A stretch of DNA of 64,000 bases from Candidatus Binatia bacterium. Lineage in GTDB: Bacteria; Desulfobacterota; Binatia; UBA9968; CAXXLF01. The stretch spans positions 1,536,001-1,600,000 of the forward strand of contig CAXXLF010000002.1 of assembly GCA_963664015.2 (NCBI GenBank). Direction: 5' to 3'. The position numbers and the translations under genes are program-made. Below, in pieces: positions 1-9,141 of this stretch. The number at the start of each line of letters is the position of its first letter. The first letter of the stretch is position 1. The notes under the pieces were generated by a model. It did no database searches. It was not told where the DNA came from and was given only the letters and a program-made list of their open reading frames with translations.

Positions 1-1334
1 AAGGGCGGCGTCTGGAGCTTAAACAGGGGAGTCGATTTCCCAAACTCCGGGTCCGCTCCCATGTCCGCGTACGAATTGTACTTTGCTACCGTTTCCTCCA
101 GTGCACGCGCCGGCACGGGTTGTTTCTGGTGAGGGTTGACGATCCTGTGGGCCAACTCGGTGATCGTGTTGGCAGCGAAGAACCATCCGTTGGGATCCAC
201 GTTTGGCGGTGTAGGCTCCCATCCCTCTCGATTGACGGCTTCTGCGTCAAAGATCGCCCATATGGGTCCGCCCCCGTTGGTTTCACTCCCATTCAGTCCC
301 AGGGCCGCGTTTATGAAGTCATATGTATTATCGAGCTCGTCCCAGAATCTCAGGCCCTGCTGGTTGACGAGGATTACGTTATGCCAATCCTTTACGGTAA
401 GGCCGGAAGCACCGGCGAGATGGAACGTGGGGCTGTCCGGTCTCCACTTCAGGCTGACATAACCGTAACGGCACCCGATGTGCTGCGTTTTTGAAACCGC
501 TCGGCCGCCCTCTGTAGTCTGGTTCGCGGTCCCCCACAAGGATGCCCCGATGGCCATGGCCAGGATCTCCGAGTCACCGTTTTGGTTGGACCAGGGTTCA
601 CCTGCGGTCTGGTACTCATCGGTCAACCGCGGGTCAAACATTCTACGAAATTCCACATTGCTGGTGTGACCGCCTGTGGCGAGAATGACGCCTCGTCTTG
701 CCTGGATGTTCACGTCTTTTCCCTCGGACACAGCTTTGATTCCAAGCACTCTTCCCGAGAACGGGCTTGTTCTGATAATGCTCGTCATCTTGTGGCCCAG
801 CAGAAACCGCACCCCCTTTGCCCTGGCACTGGCCTCCAAATGCCTGACGAGGCCGGAGCCATTCCGTGCATTGATGGTTTCGTTGATGTTATCTGAAAAC
901 CGCCGGATGACCGCGAGTCGGGGAACAGTCTCGTCCGGCGCGACGATCGGGGGATTATCCATAAACTTGACGCCGTTTTCGACCAGGAACTCAAACGTCG
1001 GTACATTTTCTTCCGCCCAGACGCTTACCAGGTCTCTATCACTGTACTTGGCCTGGCGGCTGAGGAATGTCGTATGGTCCAGGAATACCTGGTCTACGGA
1101 ATCCTCGATCCCGTATTTCTTTTGAAAACTCGTCCCACCGCCAAGGGGAAGTCTCCCACCGCTCAGCATGGCGTGGCCGCCAATGTCGTGATTTTCCTCG
1201 ATAGCGATCACGGTGGCCCCGAGATCGCATGCCATAACGGCGGCGGGAAGCCCCGCTGCCCCTGTCCCAACAACAACGACATCCGCTGCATAGTCCCAAT
1301 CCACCTTGGTGGTGTCCGAATCATTCTGGTTCAT
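1..1334 (-). CDS. FAD-dependent oxidoreductase (FAD_binding_2, fumarate reductase/3-ketosteroid dehydrogenase flavoprotein-like), 3'-partial at window edge
   Basis: Not in the ORF track. Manual translation from ATG 1334 gives MNQNDSDTTKVDWDYAADVVVVGTGAAGLPAA (GxGxxG) ... GGHAMLSGG ... ATGGHTSNVEFRRMFDPRLT and is open to position 1. Clear paralog of 46930..48693. Confidence 0.85.
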   Translation of the reverse strand, partial: MNQNDSDTTKVDWDYAADVVVVGTGAAGLPAAVMACDLGATVIAIEENHDIGGHAMLSGGRLPLGGGTSFQKKYGIEDSVDQVFLDHTTFLSRQAKYSDRDLVSVWAEENVPTFEFLVENGVKFMDNPPIVAPDETVPRLAVIRRFSDNINETINARNGSGLVRHLEASARAKGVRFLLGHKMTSIIRTSPFSGRVLGIKAVSEGKDVNIQARRGVILATGGHTSNVEFRRMFDPRLTDEYQTAGEPWSNQNGDSEILAMAIGASLWGTANQTTEGGRAVSKTQHIGCRYGYVSLKWRPDSPTFHLAGASGLTVKDWHNVILVNQQGLRFWDELDNTYDFINAALGLNGSETNGGGPIWAIFDAEAVNREGWEPTPPNVDPNGWFFAANTITELAHRIVNPHQKQPVPARALEETVAKYNSYADMGADPEFGKSTPLFKLQTPP

Positions 1335-1416
1335 TAGTTCCCCCCAACCTAGAAGGAAAATATTCGACAACCACCTCTAATGTCAACTCCGGCATGGGTG
1401 AGGGGCAAATCGATTA

Positions 1417-1616
1417 GATGGGACTATTAACTACGGGACTACGGGGAAAAGAGGAACAGTAGGCAGTAAGGAGAAAGCTATCAGCCAAAGAAGAGAAAAA
1501 GCCAGGGAGCATTAGGCAGCAAATCAAGGACTACGGACTGCCTGACCACAAACTCACAAAGCAAAGGGCAGAGCGCATAGCGATAAGGACACCGGACCAA
1601 GACTACTGACTAACCT
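1417..1616. repeat. Intergenic heptamer-mosaic repeat block
   Basis: Modules GATGGGACTA/GACTACGG, CAGTAGGCAG, GCTATCAGCCA, GCAAAGGGCAGAGCGCATAGCG, GACTACTGAC. Confidence 0.7.
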
Positions 1617-1709
1617 AAATTTCGAACAGCCTGAAAAGAAGGCAGGTTTAGGCTCCAGAATAACCATTTTCATAACAAAAACACGAGGCTAAGAAGGCAG
1701 ATCGGTGCG

Positions 1710-1738
1710 TTGACGGCAATAGGGCAAAATGTTAGCGT
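1710..1738 (+). promoter_or_regulatory. Sigma70-like promoter
   Basis: TTGACG-17 nt-TAGCGT with extended TG, upstream of GGAGG RBS and ATG 1765. Confidence 0.4.
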
Positions 1739-1764
1739 GGCCCTTCTTTTGGGAGGTGTCCGCG

Positions 1765-2814
1765 ATGGCAATTATCGATGCTGACGCTCACGTCATTGAG
1801 ACTGACCGCACCTGGGAACATTTCGACGAAGCCGACCTAAAATACAAACCCTTCAGAGTAACAGAGCCCAACGATCCCACCAAAGAATACTGGGTCATAG
1901 ACGGCAAGATCCGCGACCGGCGCGGGAATACCGGAAAAGATACCTCTCGCGCGTCACAGGAGATGCTGGACATCCCGGCTCGACTTCGCGATATGGACAA
2001 ATACGGCACGGATATTCAAGTGCTGTACCCGTCACTCTGGACGAGTCTGACTTTCAGCAGCCCCCAAATGGAGCGGGCCATTTGCAAAAGCTACAACCGC
2101 TGGATGGCCGATGTCTGGCGCGAGGGCCAGGGCCGATTACGCTGGATTGCGGTGTTGCCCGCTATGAGTATCGACCATGCGATCGACGAAATGGGCTTTG
2201 TCAAGGAAAACGGTGCCTGTGGAGTCACTATGCGCGGGTTTGAAGGAGAGTACCATGCAACGGACCCGCATTTCTTCCCCTTGTACCAGGAGGCGAGTAA
2301 TTTAAATCTTCCCATATGCTTCCATGCTGGTATCGGCAACGCGGAAATAGACGAATTCTTGACTCGGGCGGCTGGCGGGGGCAACTTCCTCCGATTCAAG
2401 TGGCCGGTGTTGGGTGCCTTTCATTCACTGATTATCGGTCGCGTCCCGAGCAAATTTCCCGACCTTCGCTGGGGCTTCATCGAGGTTAGCAGTCAGTGGC
2501 TGCCCTACGTGATCGGTGACATCGCTCGCCGCCTCGCCTGGCGCCAGAGCCGGTACGACGACGACCGGCCGACGGGCGATCTGCTGAAAGAAAACCGGTT
2601 CTACGTCGCTTGCCAAACCAACGACGACATCCCCTATGTATTGCAGTACGCAGGTGGTGAGGACAACTTGGTCATCGGCACCGACTATGGACACGCGGAT
2701 ACCACTAGCGAGCTGACGGCCATCAGGAGGTTCAAGGAAAACTCCAGTTTGCCCCCGGTAATCGTTCAGAAGATCGTCGACGTCAATGCTCGGGCTCTCT
2801 ACGGTCTCGATTAG
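1765..2814 (+). CDS. Amidohydrolase family protein (Amidohydro_2)
   Basis: IDADAH metal motif, YNRW, PICFH, GTDYGH; GGAGG RBS before ATG 1765. Confidence 0.9.
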   Translation: MAIIDADAHVIETDRTWEHFDEADLKYKPFRVTEPNDPTKEYWVIDGKIRDRRGNTGKDTSRASQEMLDIPARLRDMDKYGTDIQVLYPSLWTSLTFSSPQMERAICKSYNRWMADVWREGQGRLRWIAVLPAMSIDHAIDEMGFVKENGACGVTMRGFEGEYHATDPHFFPLYQEASNLNLPICFHAGIGNAEIDEFLTRAAGGGNFLRFKWPVLGAFHSLIIGRVPSKFPDLRWGFIEVSSQWLPYVIGDIARRLAWRQSRYDDDRPTGDLLKENRFYVACQTNDDIPYVLQYAGGEDNLVIGTDYGHADTTSELTAIRRFKENSSLPPVIVQKIVDVNARALYGLD

Positions 2815-2974
2815 ACGATGTGTTTCGAAGATAGCTCCTTAACGGGGGAATCGTGGTAATGAACGTTCGATTAGTCTACGGACGGGGTAGGTCAGACATC
2901 AGGAACCGCCGGTCATCGACCACCGGGAATCCCCGTCGCAACGCTTGGCAAGAGCTGAGCGGATAGGAGGAACG

Positions 2975-4191
2975 ATGAAAAGGCAAACAAAGGTAATTTT
3001 CCTGATGGCCGCAATCGCGATACTGGTTGCGGTCTACGGCGGAACAGGGAACCTGGCCCCGCAGACGGCACGATCCCAGACATCTGCACCGGAGTCGTTT
3101 AAGGCCGAATGGACGAAGCTCATCAAGGCCGCATAGACGGAAGGAAAGATGCTCCATGTCCTGGGTGGCTCTGCAAGCAGGCAGTACCGCCCCATTATCA
3201 ATGCGTTCGACCAAAAAGTTTGGGATTAAGTCGATTGTGTCCACTGGCTCTGGAACCGACCAGGTAAACCGGCTTCTGGCGGAGAACGGCGCCGGTATTT
3301 ATGTCGCAGACGTGATCCAGATCGGCGACTCGGGAGCCCTGCGGCTAGTACCAGCCGGGGGACTTGCCCCACTGCGTCCACTTTTGATTCACCCTGATGT
3401 CCTCAACGGAAGAAACTGGTTTGGGGGCCAGCTGTTTTTCGCTGATTCGGCTACTAACCAATAAGTACTAAACCACGGCGCCTATGCTTCTCCGTTCACT
3501 CTCGCTATGCGTTACAACACCAATGTCGTGAGTCAGGCAGATATCGACGCTATAAATTCTGTGTATGACTACCTGGATCCCAAGTGGAAGGGCAAGCTGG
3601 TAGCCCTCACCCCGATCAGCGAGCAGGTGGCGGGTTACTACAGTCACATGGCTCACCCCAGACGTAGGCGAAGAGTGGGTTAGCCAGTGGTTCAACCCGG
3701 CACACGGAATGACCTTTACCGATAACTGCAAGCTCATTGTGGACGGGATGGCGAAGGGGAACTTCGCTTTCGGGGTCTCCATAGGCTCTTGCGGGCGGGA
3801 TCTGGACAGATTGATCCGACAAGGCGTGCCCGCCAAGCGGCTGTACAAACCGTTCAAGAAAGCCCCGGCGCTGTCCGGCGGTGCCGCTGGAAACAACATC
3901 CAATGCGCCAAGAACGCGCCTCACCCCAACGCCGCAAAGCTCTTTATCAATTGGTTCCTGAGCAAAGAAGGTCAGACCCTCAGCCACACGATTTCCAAGG
4001 ATAATCCGGACCCCAACTCTGCGAGAGGACGTTCCGTGTACCGGGAAGGTCGACCCGAACGAATGCCGCAAGCCCGGAGTAAAGCATCTCTACTTGACGG
4101 CCGATCCCCAGTTCGCGTCACACAAAAACGAATACATGGCAAAGGCACGGCGCATCTTTCGCATGCTCCAGAAACGTTGAGCAGGCCCTAG
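2975..4191 (+). pseudogene. Extracellular solute-binding protein (Fe/polyamine ABC-type), disrupted
   Basis: Signal peptide, then TAG at 3134-3136, a frameshift near 3212, TAA at 3462-3464 and further shifts. Retains LDPKWKGK and APHPNAAKLFINWFLSKEGQ seen in the intact paralogs. Confidence 0.85.
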
Positions 4192-4304
4192 CTTCAGCAG
4201 ACGGGCGTATTTTACATGTGCGAGAGCTCGATGCTCCACTGGGATCTCTTCTGTACGGCTTAAAAGCTGAGAGAAGACGGTAGAAACGACCCGGAGGAAC
4301 GCCC

Positions 4305-4627
4305 ATGCTGTTGGCACGGCCGCTTGCATCCATACTGCCCACCGAGTTAAAAACGCCAGGCGCTCCATTGTTCGTGATGGCGGCGATCTTGTTGACGGTC
4401 GGTATGTATCTGACCGTGCCGGTCCTCCTGCTGCCTCCCGTGGCACGATGGCACTCTCATTGCTTGCTCTGGAATTTGCTTCCCCAGCCATCAGCCAGTA
4501 CGAAGAGGCGAGTATCATTAGCCTGCTCATCATGGCCCTCACGGTGGGGTTGGCAGTGTTCGCCCGCGCGTTTGGTTTGCGTATGTCTGTTCAGCATCAG
4601 CAACTGGTCAACACGGTGAACCGATAG
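4305..4627 (+). pseudogene. ABC permease remnant with large internal deletion
   Basis: N-terminal FVMAAILLTVGMYL joined out of frame to SRGTMALSLLALEFASP...FARAFGLR. These match the N- and C-termini of the intact permease 9142..10881. Confidence 0.75.
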
Positions 4628-4840
4628 GCAAAGGGCATGGGGCAAAGTGCGGAGGAAGTAGGCAGCAAGTCACGGACTACAGACTACGGACAACAGGGCC
4701 GCAAGACCAGGAGGCGAATCACTAAGGAAATAGTACAAAGCGTTAAGATGGGACAACTGACTATTGACGACAGGACTACGGACAGGCAGACACAGAGATA
4801 GGAATAGAGCAAGGAAAATCCGGCACCGTAACAGGTGCAT
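4628..4840. repeat. Intergenic heptamer-mosaic repeat block
   Basis: GCAAAGGGCATGGGGCAAAG, GACTACAGACTACGGAC, AAAGCGTTAAGATGGGACAACTGACTA, GACTACGGACAGGCAGACACAGAGATAGG. Confidence 0.7.
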
Positions 4841-4873
4841 TCGAATGAAGAGAAATGCCGGAGGAACCATTCC

Positions 4874-6086
4874 ATGCTCCCGCAAAAGGACAATGAGATT
4901 CTCACCCAAACCGGCCCCGACACCCCCATGGGAGGCCTGTTCCGGCGTTACTGGCTCCCTGCCCGACTGTCCGCCGGTTCAGGTCAGGCTTCTGGGTGAG
5001 GAGCTCGTGGCCTTTCGTGATAGCCAGGGAAGAGTGGGTCTCTTAGACGAGCACTGCTCCCACCGAGGGACTTCCCTTTATTACGGCCGGAACGAGGAGT
5101 GCGGGCTGCGTTGCATCTATCATGGCTGGAAGTATGATATGGACGGGAATGTCCTGGAGACGCCAGCAGCGCCGTCAGGCAGCGATTTCAAAACGAAGAT
5201 CCACCACCGGACCTATCCATGCAGGGAGGAAGCCGGAATTGTTTTTGCTTACATGGGCCCCCTTGAGAAAAAGCCGTTGTTTCCATCGTACGAGTGGGTC
5301 GGCTTATCTGAGGATCAGGTCTTTGTAACCAAGGTTTTTCTGAAGTGTAACTATCTTCAAGGCCTCGAAGGAGACTGTGACTCATCCCATCTATCCTATT
5401 TGCACAAATCGTTTAAGGCAGGAACCAGGGAGTTTGAGAATGAAGCCTACGCAAACGACGGTGCGCCTAAATTAGAAGCCGTGGGGACGGACTTCGGAGT
5501 ACGGATGGTCTCGCTCAGAAAGTCGGGACCTAGCACCAATCTTTTTCGCGTTACCAATTTTGTCATGCCGTGCCAAGGATTCATACCAGGCGGAAGAGAG
5601 GGGCTGACCACCCACTATTACGTCCCCATAGACGATGCCCACGTCTGGAAATAGTACGTGATTATCAACCGGGACCGGCCTCTACGGAAGGAAGAGAGGA
5701 CCCTGGGGAATGACTTGGGTCCCGATTACAAGAAGCTCCGTAATCTCCACAACCATTACCTCCAGGACAGGGGAGCTCAGAGAACTCAAACCTTTATCGG
5801 CGCGGGGCCTTCTTTTTTCGTACACGATTCGTGCGCTACCGAGTCCATGGGCCCCATCTTTGATCGAAGCAGAGAGCATCTAGCGGTAAGCGACACGATG
5901 GTGATAACGGTGCGCAAATCCTTGATCACGGCCGTGACGTCTTTTCAGGACGGAAAAGAACTGCCACACATTGTCACGGATCCTACAAGAAACACCTTTC
6001 AGCACCTGGTCACAACCTCGGAGACATTACCGTCAACGGTTGCAGCTGATCAACAGCTTGATCTGCGCATGAACGAACAGCGATAA
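4874..6086 (+). pseudogene. Rieske non-heme iron oxygenase (phthalate dioxygenase/LigXa-like), disrupted
   Basis: ATG 4874 MLPQKDNEILTQTGPDTPMGGLFRRYWLP, then a frameshifting deletion near 4960. CSHRG/CIYHG Rieske motif and D-x2-H-x4-H are present; in-frame TAG at 5652-5654. Confidence 0.85.
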
Positions 6087-6159
6087 GGGAACAGTTTCAA
6101 TCTGCTTTTGCCTGTTTAGAGCCTCTTCAACCCGACCCGCGCGCAAAGTGTGGGAGACA

Positions 6160-6330
6160 GGAGCTTGCGAGCCAGTGCTGAGTAACGAGCGCTGAGTACT
6201 GAAGGCCAGAGATCGTAGCCTGAGGCTGATCAGCCTTCGGCTGAAGCCGTCAGCTTTCAGCGAAGATGAAAGCAAAGCGGCAACAGCCAAACCAGCAGGG
6301 ATCAGGCACCGGGACAAGGCAACAGGTTGT
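6160..6330. repeat. Intergenic heptamer-mosaic repeat block
   Basis: GTGCTGAGTAACGAGCGCTGAGTACTGA, GCCGTCAGCTTTCAGC, terminal CAGGCACCGGGACAAGGCAACAGG. Confidence 0.65.
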
Positions 6331-6363
6331 CGGATTTTTTTCGTTTCTCGTAAGGATTCTCTT

Positions 6364-7248
6364 ATGGCTCAATCAGAACTCAAGCTCTCGCTTCCTGATC
6401 ACGGTGCAGCGTTTGCACCGATACACTATGCTGCTGATAAAGGTTTATTTCGGCAGCGGGGAGTCGATATAGAAGTGGTCATGTTGGAAGGCGGACCCGC
6501 ATGTGCGTCCGCCCTGTTATCCACGAAGGTCGATCTAACTTGCGCCCTGGGCCCGTTGATCAGAAGAGCTATGCGAGACGGGGCAACAGGATTCAAGGGC
6601 ATCTCAGGTTTAAGAAAAACAATCGGTTTCAGTATTGTAGGCAAACCAGGATTGACTTCAATCAACGATTTGCTGGGCAAGAGTATCGAATCGCCAAGTT
6701 CGGATTGGAGTGGTGGAACTTATTTCAAGCATGTGCTCCGAGAGCTCGGGGTGGAGGGTGGGATTCAAGCCAAGTTCAGCTATGTTACGCAGGAACAGAG
6801 GCTGGAAGGTCTGATCAAAGGAGAATTTGATGCCGGCCTACTATCAGCAGAAAAGGCCCTCATTGCTCAAGAGCACGGTTTCAAGATCCTCGTTGCTTTT
6901 GATAAGGTCATTCCGGAGGTTTGCAGTTCAGTCATTGCAACCACTCCGGACCTTATTCGGGAGCGAAGAGAAGACCTCAAAAAGATAATCCGGGCGGTTA
7001 TAAAAGGAATCCAGGAAATGCAAACCTCGAGAGAGGGGTGCGTTAAATATCTTGTTGAGAAGTTTTCGATGTCACCTGGAGCCGCGACATCTCTTTATAA
7101 TCTCAATTGCCCCAACTGGTCGACTGACCTTAGCGTTGCCTCTATCCAGAAGGAAATTGACATCAGTCACAGCGTGCACGGCATGCAATGGTTGCCGGCC
7201 GTGGATATCGTTGACTCATCTTTATTGCAAGAAGTTCTCAATTCATAG
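6364..7248 (+). CDS. NMT1/THI5-like (SsuA/TauA) periplasmic-binding-fold protein, no evident signal peptide
   Basis: APIHYAADKGLFRQRGVDIEV pattern; DLLGKSI; GEFDAG. Confidence 0.75.
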   Translation: MAQSELKLSLPDHGAAFAPIHYAADKGLFRQRGVDIEVVMLEGGPACASALLSTKVDLTCALGPLIRRAMRDGATGFKGISGLRKTIGFSIVGKPGLTSINDLLGKSIESPSSDWSGGTYFKHVLRELGVEGGIQAKFSYVTQEQRLEGLIKGEFDAGLLSAEKALIAQEHGFKILVAFDKVIPEVCSSVIATTPDLIRERREDLKKIIRAVIKGIQEMQTSREGCVKYLVEKFSMSPGAATSLYNLNCPNWSTDLSVASIQKEIDISHSVHGMQWLPAVDIVDSSLLQEVLNS

Positions 7249-7500
7249 GCTACAAGTCTACAGGACGGCAGAGAAGAAAAGTGCAGAGCGTTAAGAGAAC
7301 TTAGCCGCAGATTTACGCAGACTAAACCCCGGCCGTTCACCACAGAGACGCAGAGGCCGCAGAGAATTCACTTTTTGTTTGTCGGGAGATGACGACAAAC
7401 AAGGGATACTTAATCGCGGACGATCAATCATTCGCGGCAACGGGCATAGAGCAAAGCGTTAAGAAAGTACGATTAACGACATTACTGCAAGACCACCAGT
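7249..7500. repeat. Repeat mosaic at convergent junction, with hairpin
   Basis: CAGAGCGTTAAG, CCGCAGATTTACGCAGA, CACCACAGAGACGCAGAGGCCGCAGAG; hairpin TTGTTTGTCG-8 nt-CGACAAACAA at about 7375-7402. Confidence 0.65.
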
Positions 7501-7558
7501 CGCAGGTTGGTTATTGCCTTTAGTAAAGAAGCCCTATTCTTTCCTCGGGTTGCTCTTG

Positions 7559-8758
7559 TTACCGCTGCAAGGCCTTCCACTGTTTGGTTAGCTCTCTCGT
7601 GAACTTCAGAGCCTTCGTTCGGACAGCCATAAAGTGCGGGTCGCTCTGCGGGTAGATGTAGTCGACTCCTTTATGAATCTTGGCCTCCGGCCGGAGCATG
7701 TCGTTGGGAATATCGAGCCGGAAGGACTGGCGCTGGCCGTACCCGTTGTGGATCGCCAGCTGCCCCTCGCGGGACAGCCACCAGTTGATGAACACCTTCC
7801 GGGCGTTTGGGTTCGGCGGGTTGGATATGAGCATGACCATGCTCGCGCTTCCGCCACCGGCGAGGATGTTCCCCTCCTTCATGGTGAACCGGTAGTCCAT
7901 GATCTCGATCGGCGCCCCTGCTTCTTTCATTTCGTACATATCATCGGTGGCACCGACGAAGATAGCGATCGCCTTTTTTCCGGTTATGACCCAGTCCTTT
8001 GCAGTTCTATTGTCATCGATCATGGCAATCCCGGTTTCCAGGAAGAGCCTCTTGATCCACTTGGGCCCAAGCTTCGGGTGCCCGTAGTACTCGGAGACGC
8101 TCCCAGCCTGGCCCTCTCTACCGAGATAGCCACTCACGATCTTACCGTGGTATTTGGGATCCAGCAGGTCCCACAGGGAGGTGATTTCCTTAGGGTTGAC
8201 CAGGTTCGTGTTCACCAGAAGCCCTGCGCCGCGAGGGCTTGCCGAGTGGAGGAATACATAACGGCGCGCATGGTCACCGTAGTGATGCCTGCCGTCCCAC
8301 CACAGGGATTGGTCCCTGACCTCGGGCAAGATTAAATCCCCGGCCATAGGGTCCAGCGCCCCCTGACTGAGAAGAACTTCACCGTTGGTTACCCCACCCA
8401 TGAAAGTATCAACACTGTTCACGCCGGCGCCCTTCTCGGCAAGAATGCGGTTGGCCTCCTGCCCGCCACGGGTGGCGCTGAGGGTGGCCTTAATGCCGAA
8501 CTTTTTCCCAAAAATAGGGAATATCTTCCGGAAGGAGCGGCCGATCTCCCCACCGCCAGCTACGGACAACTTTCCCTCTTTCTTCGCTCCGGCAACGGCC
8601 TCTTCCCACCTGCTCTTCCAGTCCCCTGTTCCCGTTGCCTGAGCTCGCACCGTTACCGCCGGCAGCATCAATAGGGCAACAAGACCCACCATCACCCAGA
8701 AGCGTCGTCCCACTTCCAGCCTGGCGGTTCTTTCTCTGGTCTCTCTGTGAATTACCAT
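7559..8758 (-). CDS. Extracellular solute-binding protein (ABC, Fe/polyamine-type)
   Basis: Signal peptide ending VRA-Q; AKKEGKL, DLLDPKYHGK, PNPNARKVFINWWLSREGQ; GGAGGGAG RBS before ATG 8758. Confidence 0.85.
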   Translation of the reverse strand: MVIHRETRERTARLEVGRRFWVMVGLVALLMLPAVTVRAQATGTGDWKSRWEEAVAGAKKEGKLSVAGGGEIGRSFRKIFPIFGKKFGIKATLSATRGGQEANRILAEKGAGVNSVDTFMGGVTNGEVLLSQGALDPMAGDLILPEVRDQSLWWDGRHHYGDHARRYVFLHSASPRGAGLLVNTNLVNPKEITSLWDLLDPKYHGKIVSGYLGREGQAGSVSEYYGHPKLGPKWIKRLFLETGIAMIDDNRTAKDWVITGKKAIAIFVGATDDMYEMKEAGAPIEIMDYRFTMKEGNILAGGGSASMVMLISNPPNPNARKVFINWWLSREGQLAIHNGYGQRQSFRLDIPNDMLRPEAKIHKGVDYIYPQSDPHFMAVRTKALKFTRELTKQWKALQR

Positions 8759-8947
8759 GTTCGCTCCCTCCATTCCTCATGGATATTTTCTTGTTCGGAT
8801 AGCAGTCTCTCTTCCTGCCTCCATGCTGAAACTCAGATACGAAAGCGCGGCATATCAGGTTTGCCACAGCAACCGCCTCGTCTCCAAAATAATAATAGAA
8901 TACGATCGTTGCACGCAGCGTCCTTCCCTGTCCGGCTATTCCTGGCA

Positions 8948-9031
8948 AGGATATACCGCGGAGCGCCCATGTCAAGTCCCTGGGACGCCCGTGCTACACC
9001 GGGTTGACCAGAGCTACAGGGGTGCTAGAAT
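8948..9031. promoter_or_regulatory. Back-to-back divergent sigma70-like promoters (SBP / permease)
   Basis: Minus strand TTGACA(8975-8970)-16-TATCCT; plus strand TTGACC(9004-9009)-16-TAGAAT(9026-9031). Confidence 0.45.
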
Positions 9032-9141
9032 CGTGGCGTTTGATGAAGGGATCGATTGAGAGTTGAGATTGGCCCCCTTAATAGGGTCCGGATGTAGGGA
9101 CAAAGCGCAGCCGAACACATACCGGGCCGAGTCCATTACCC

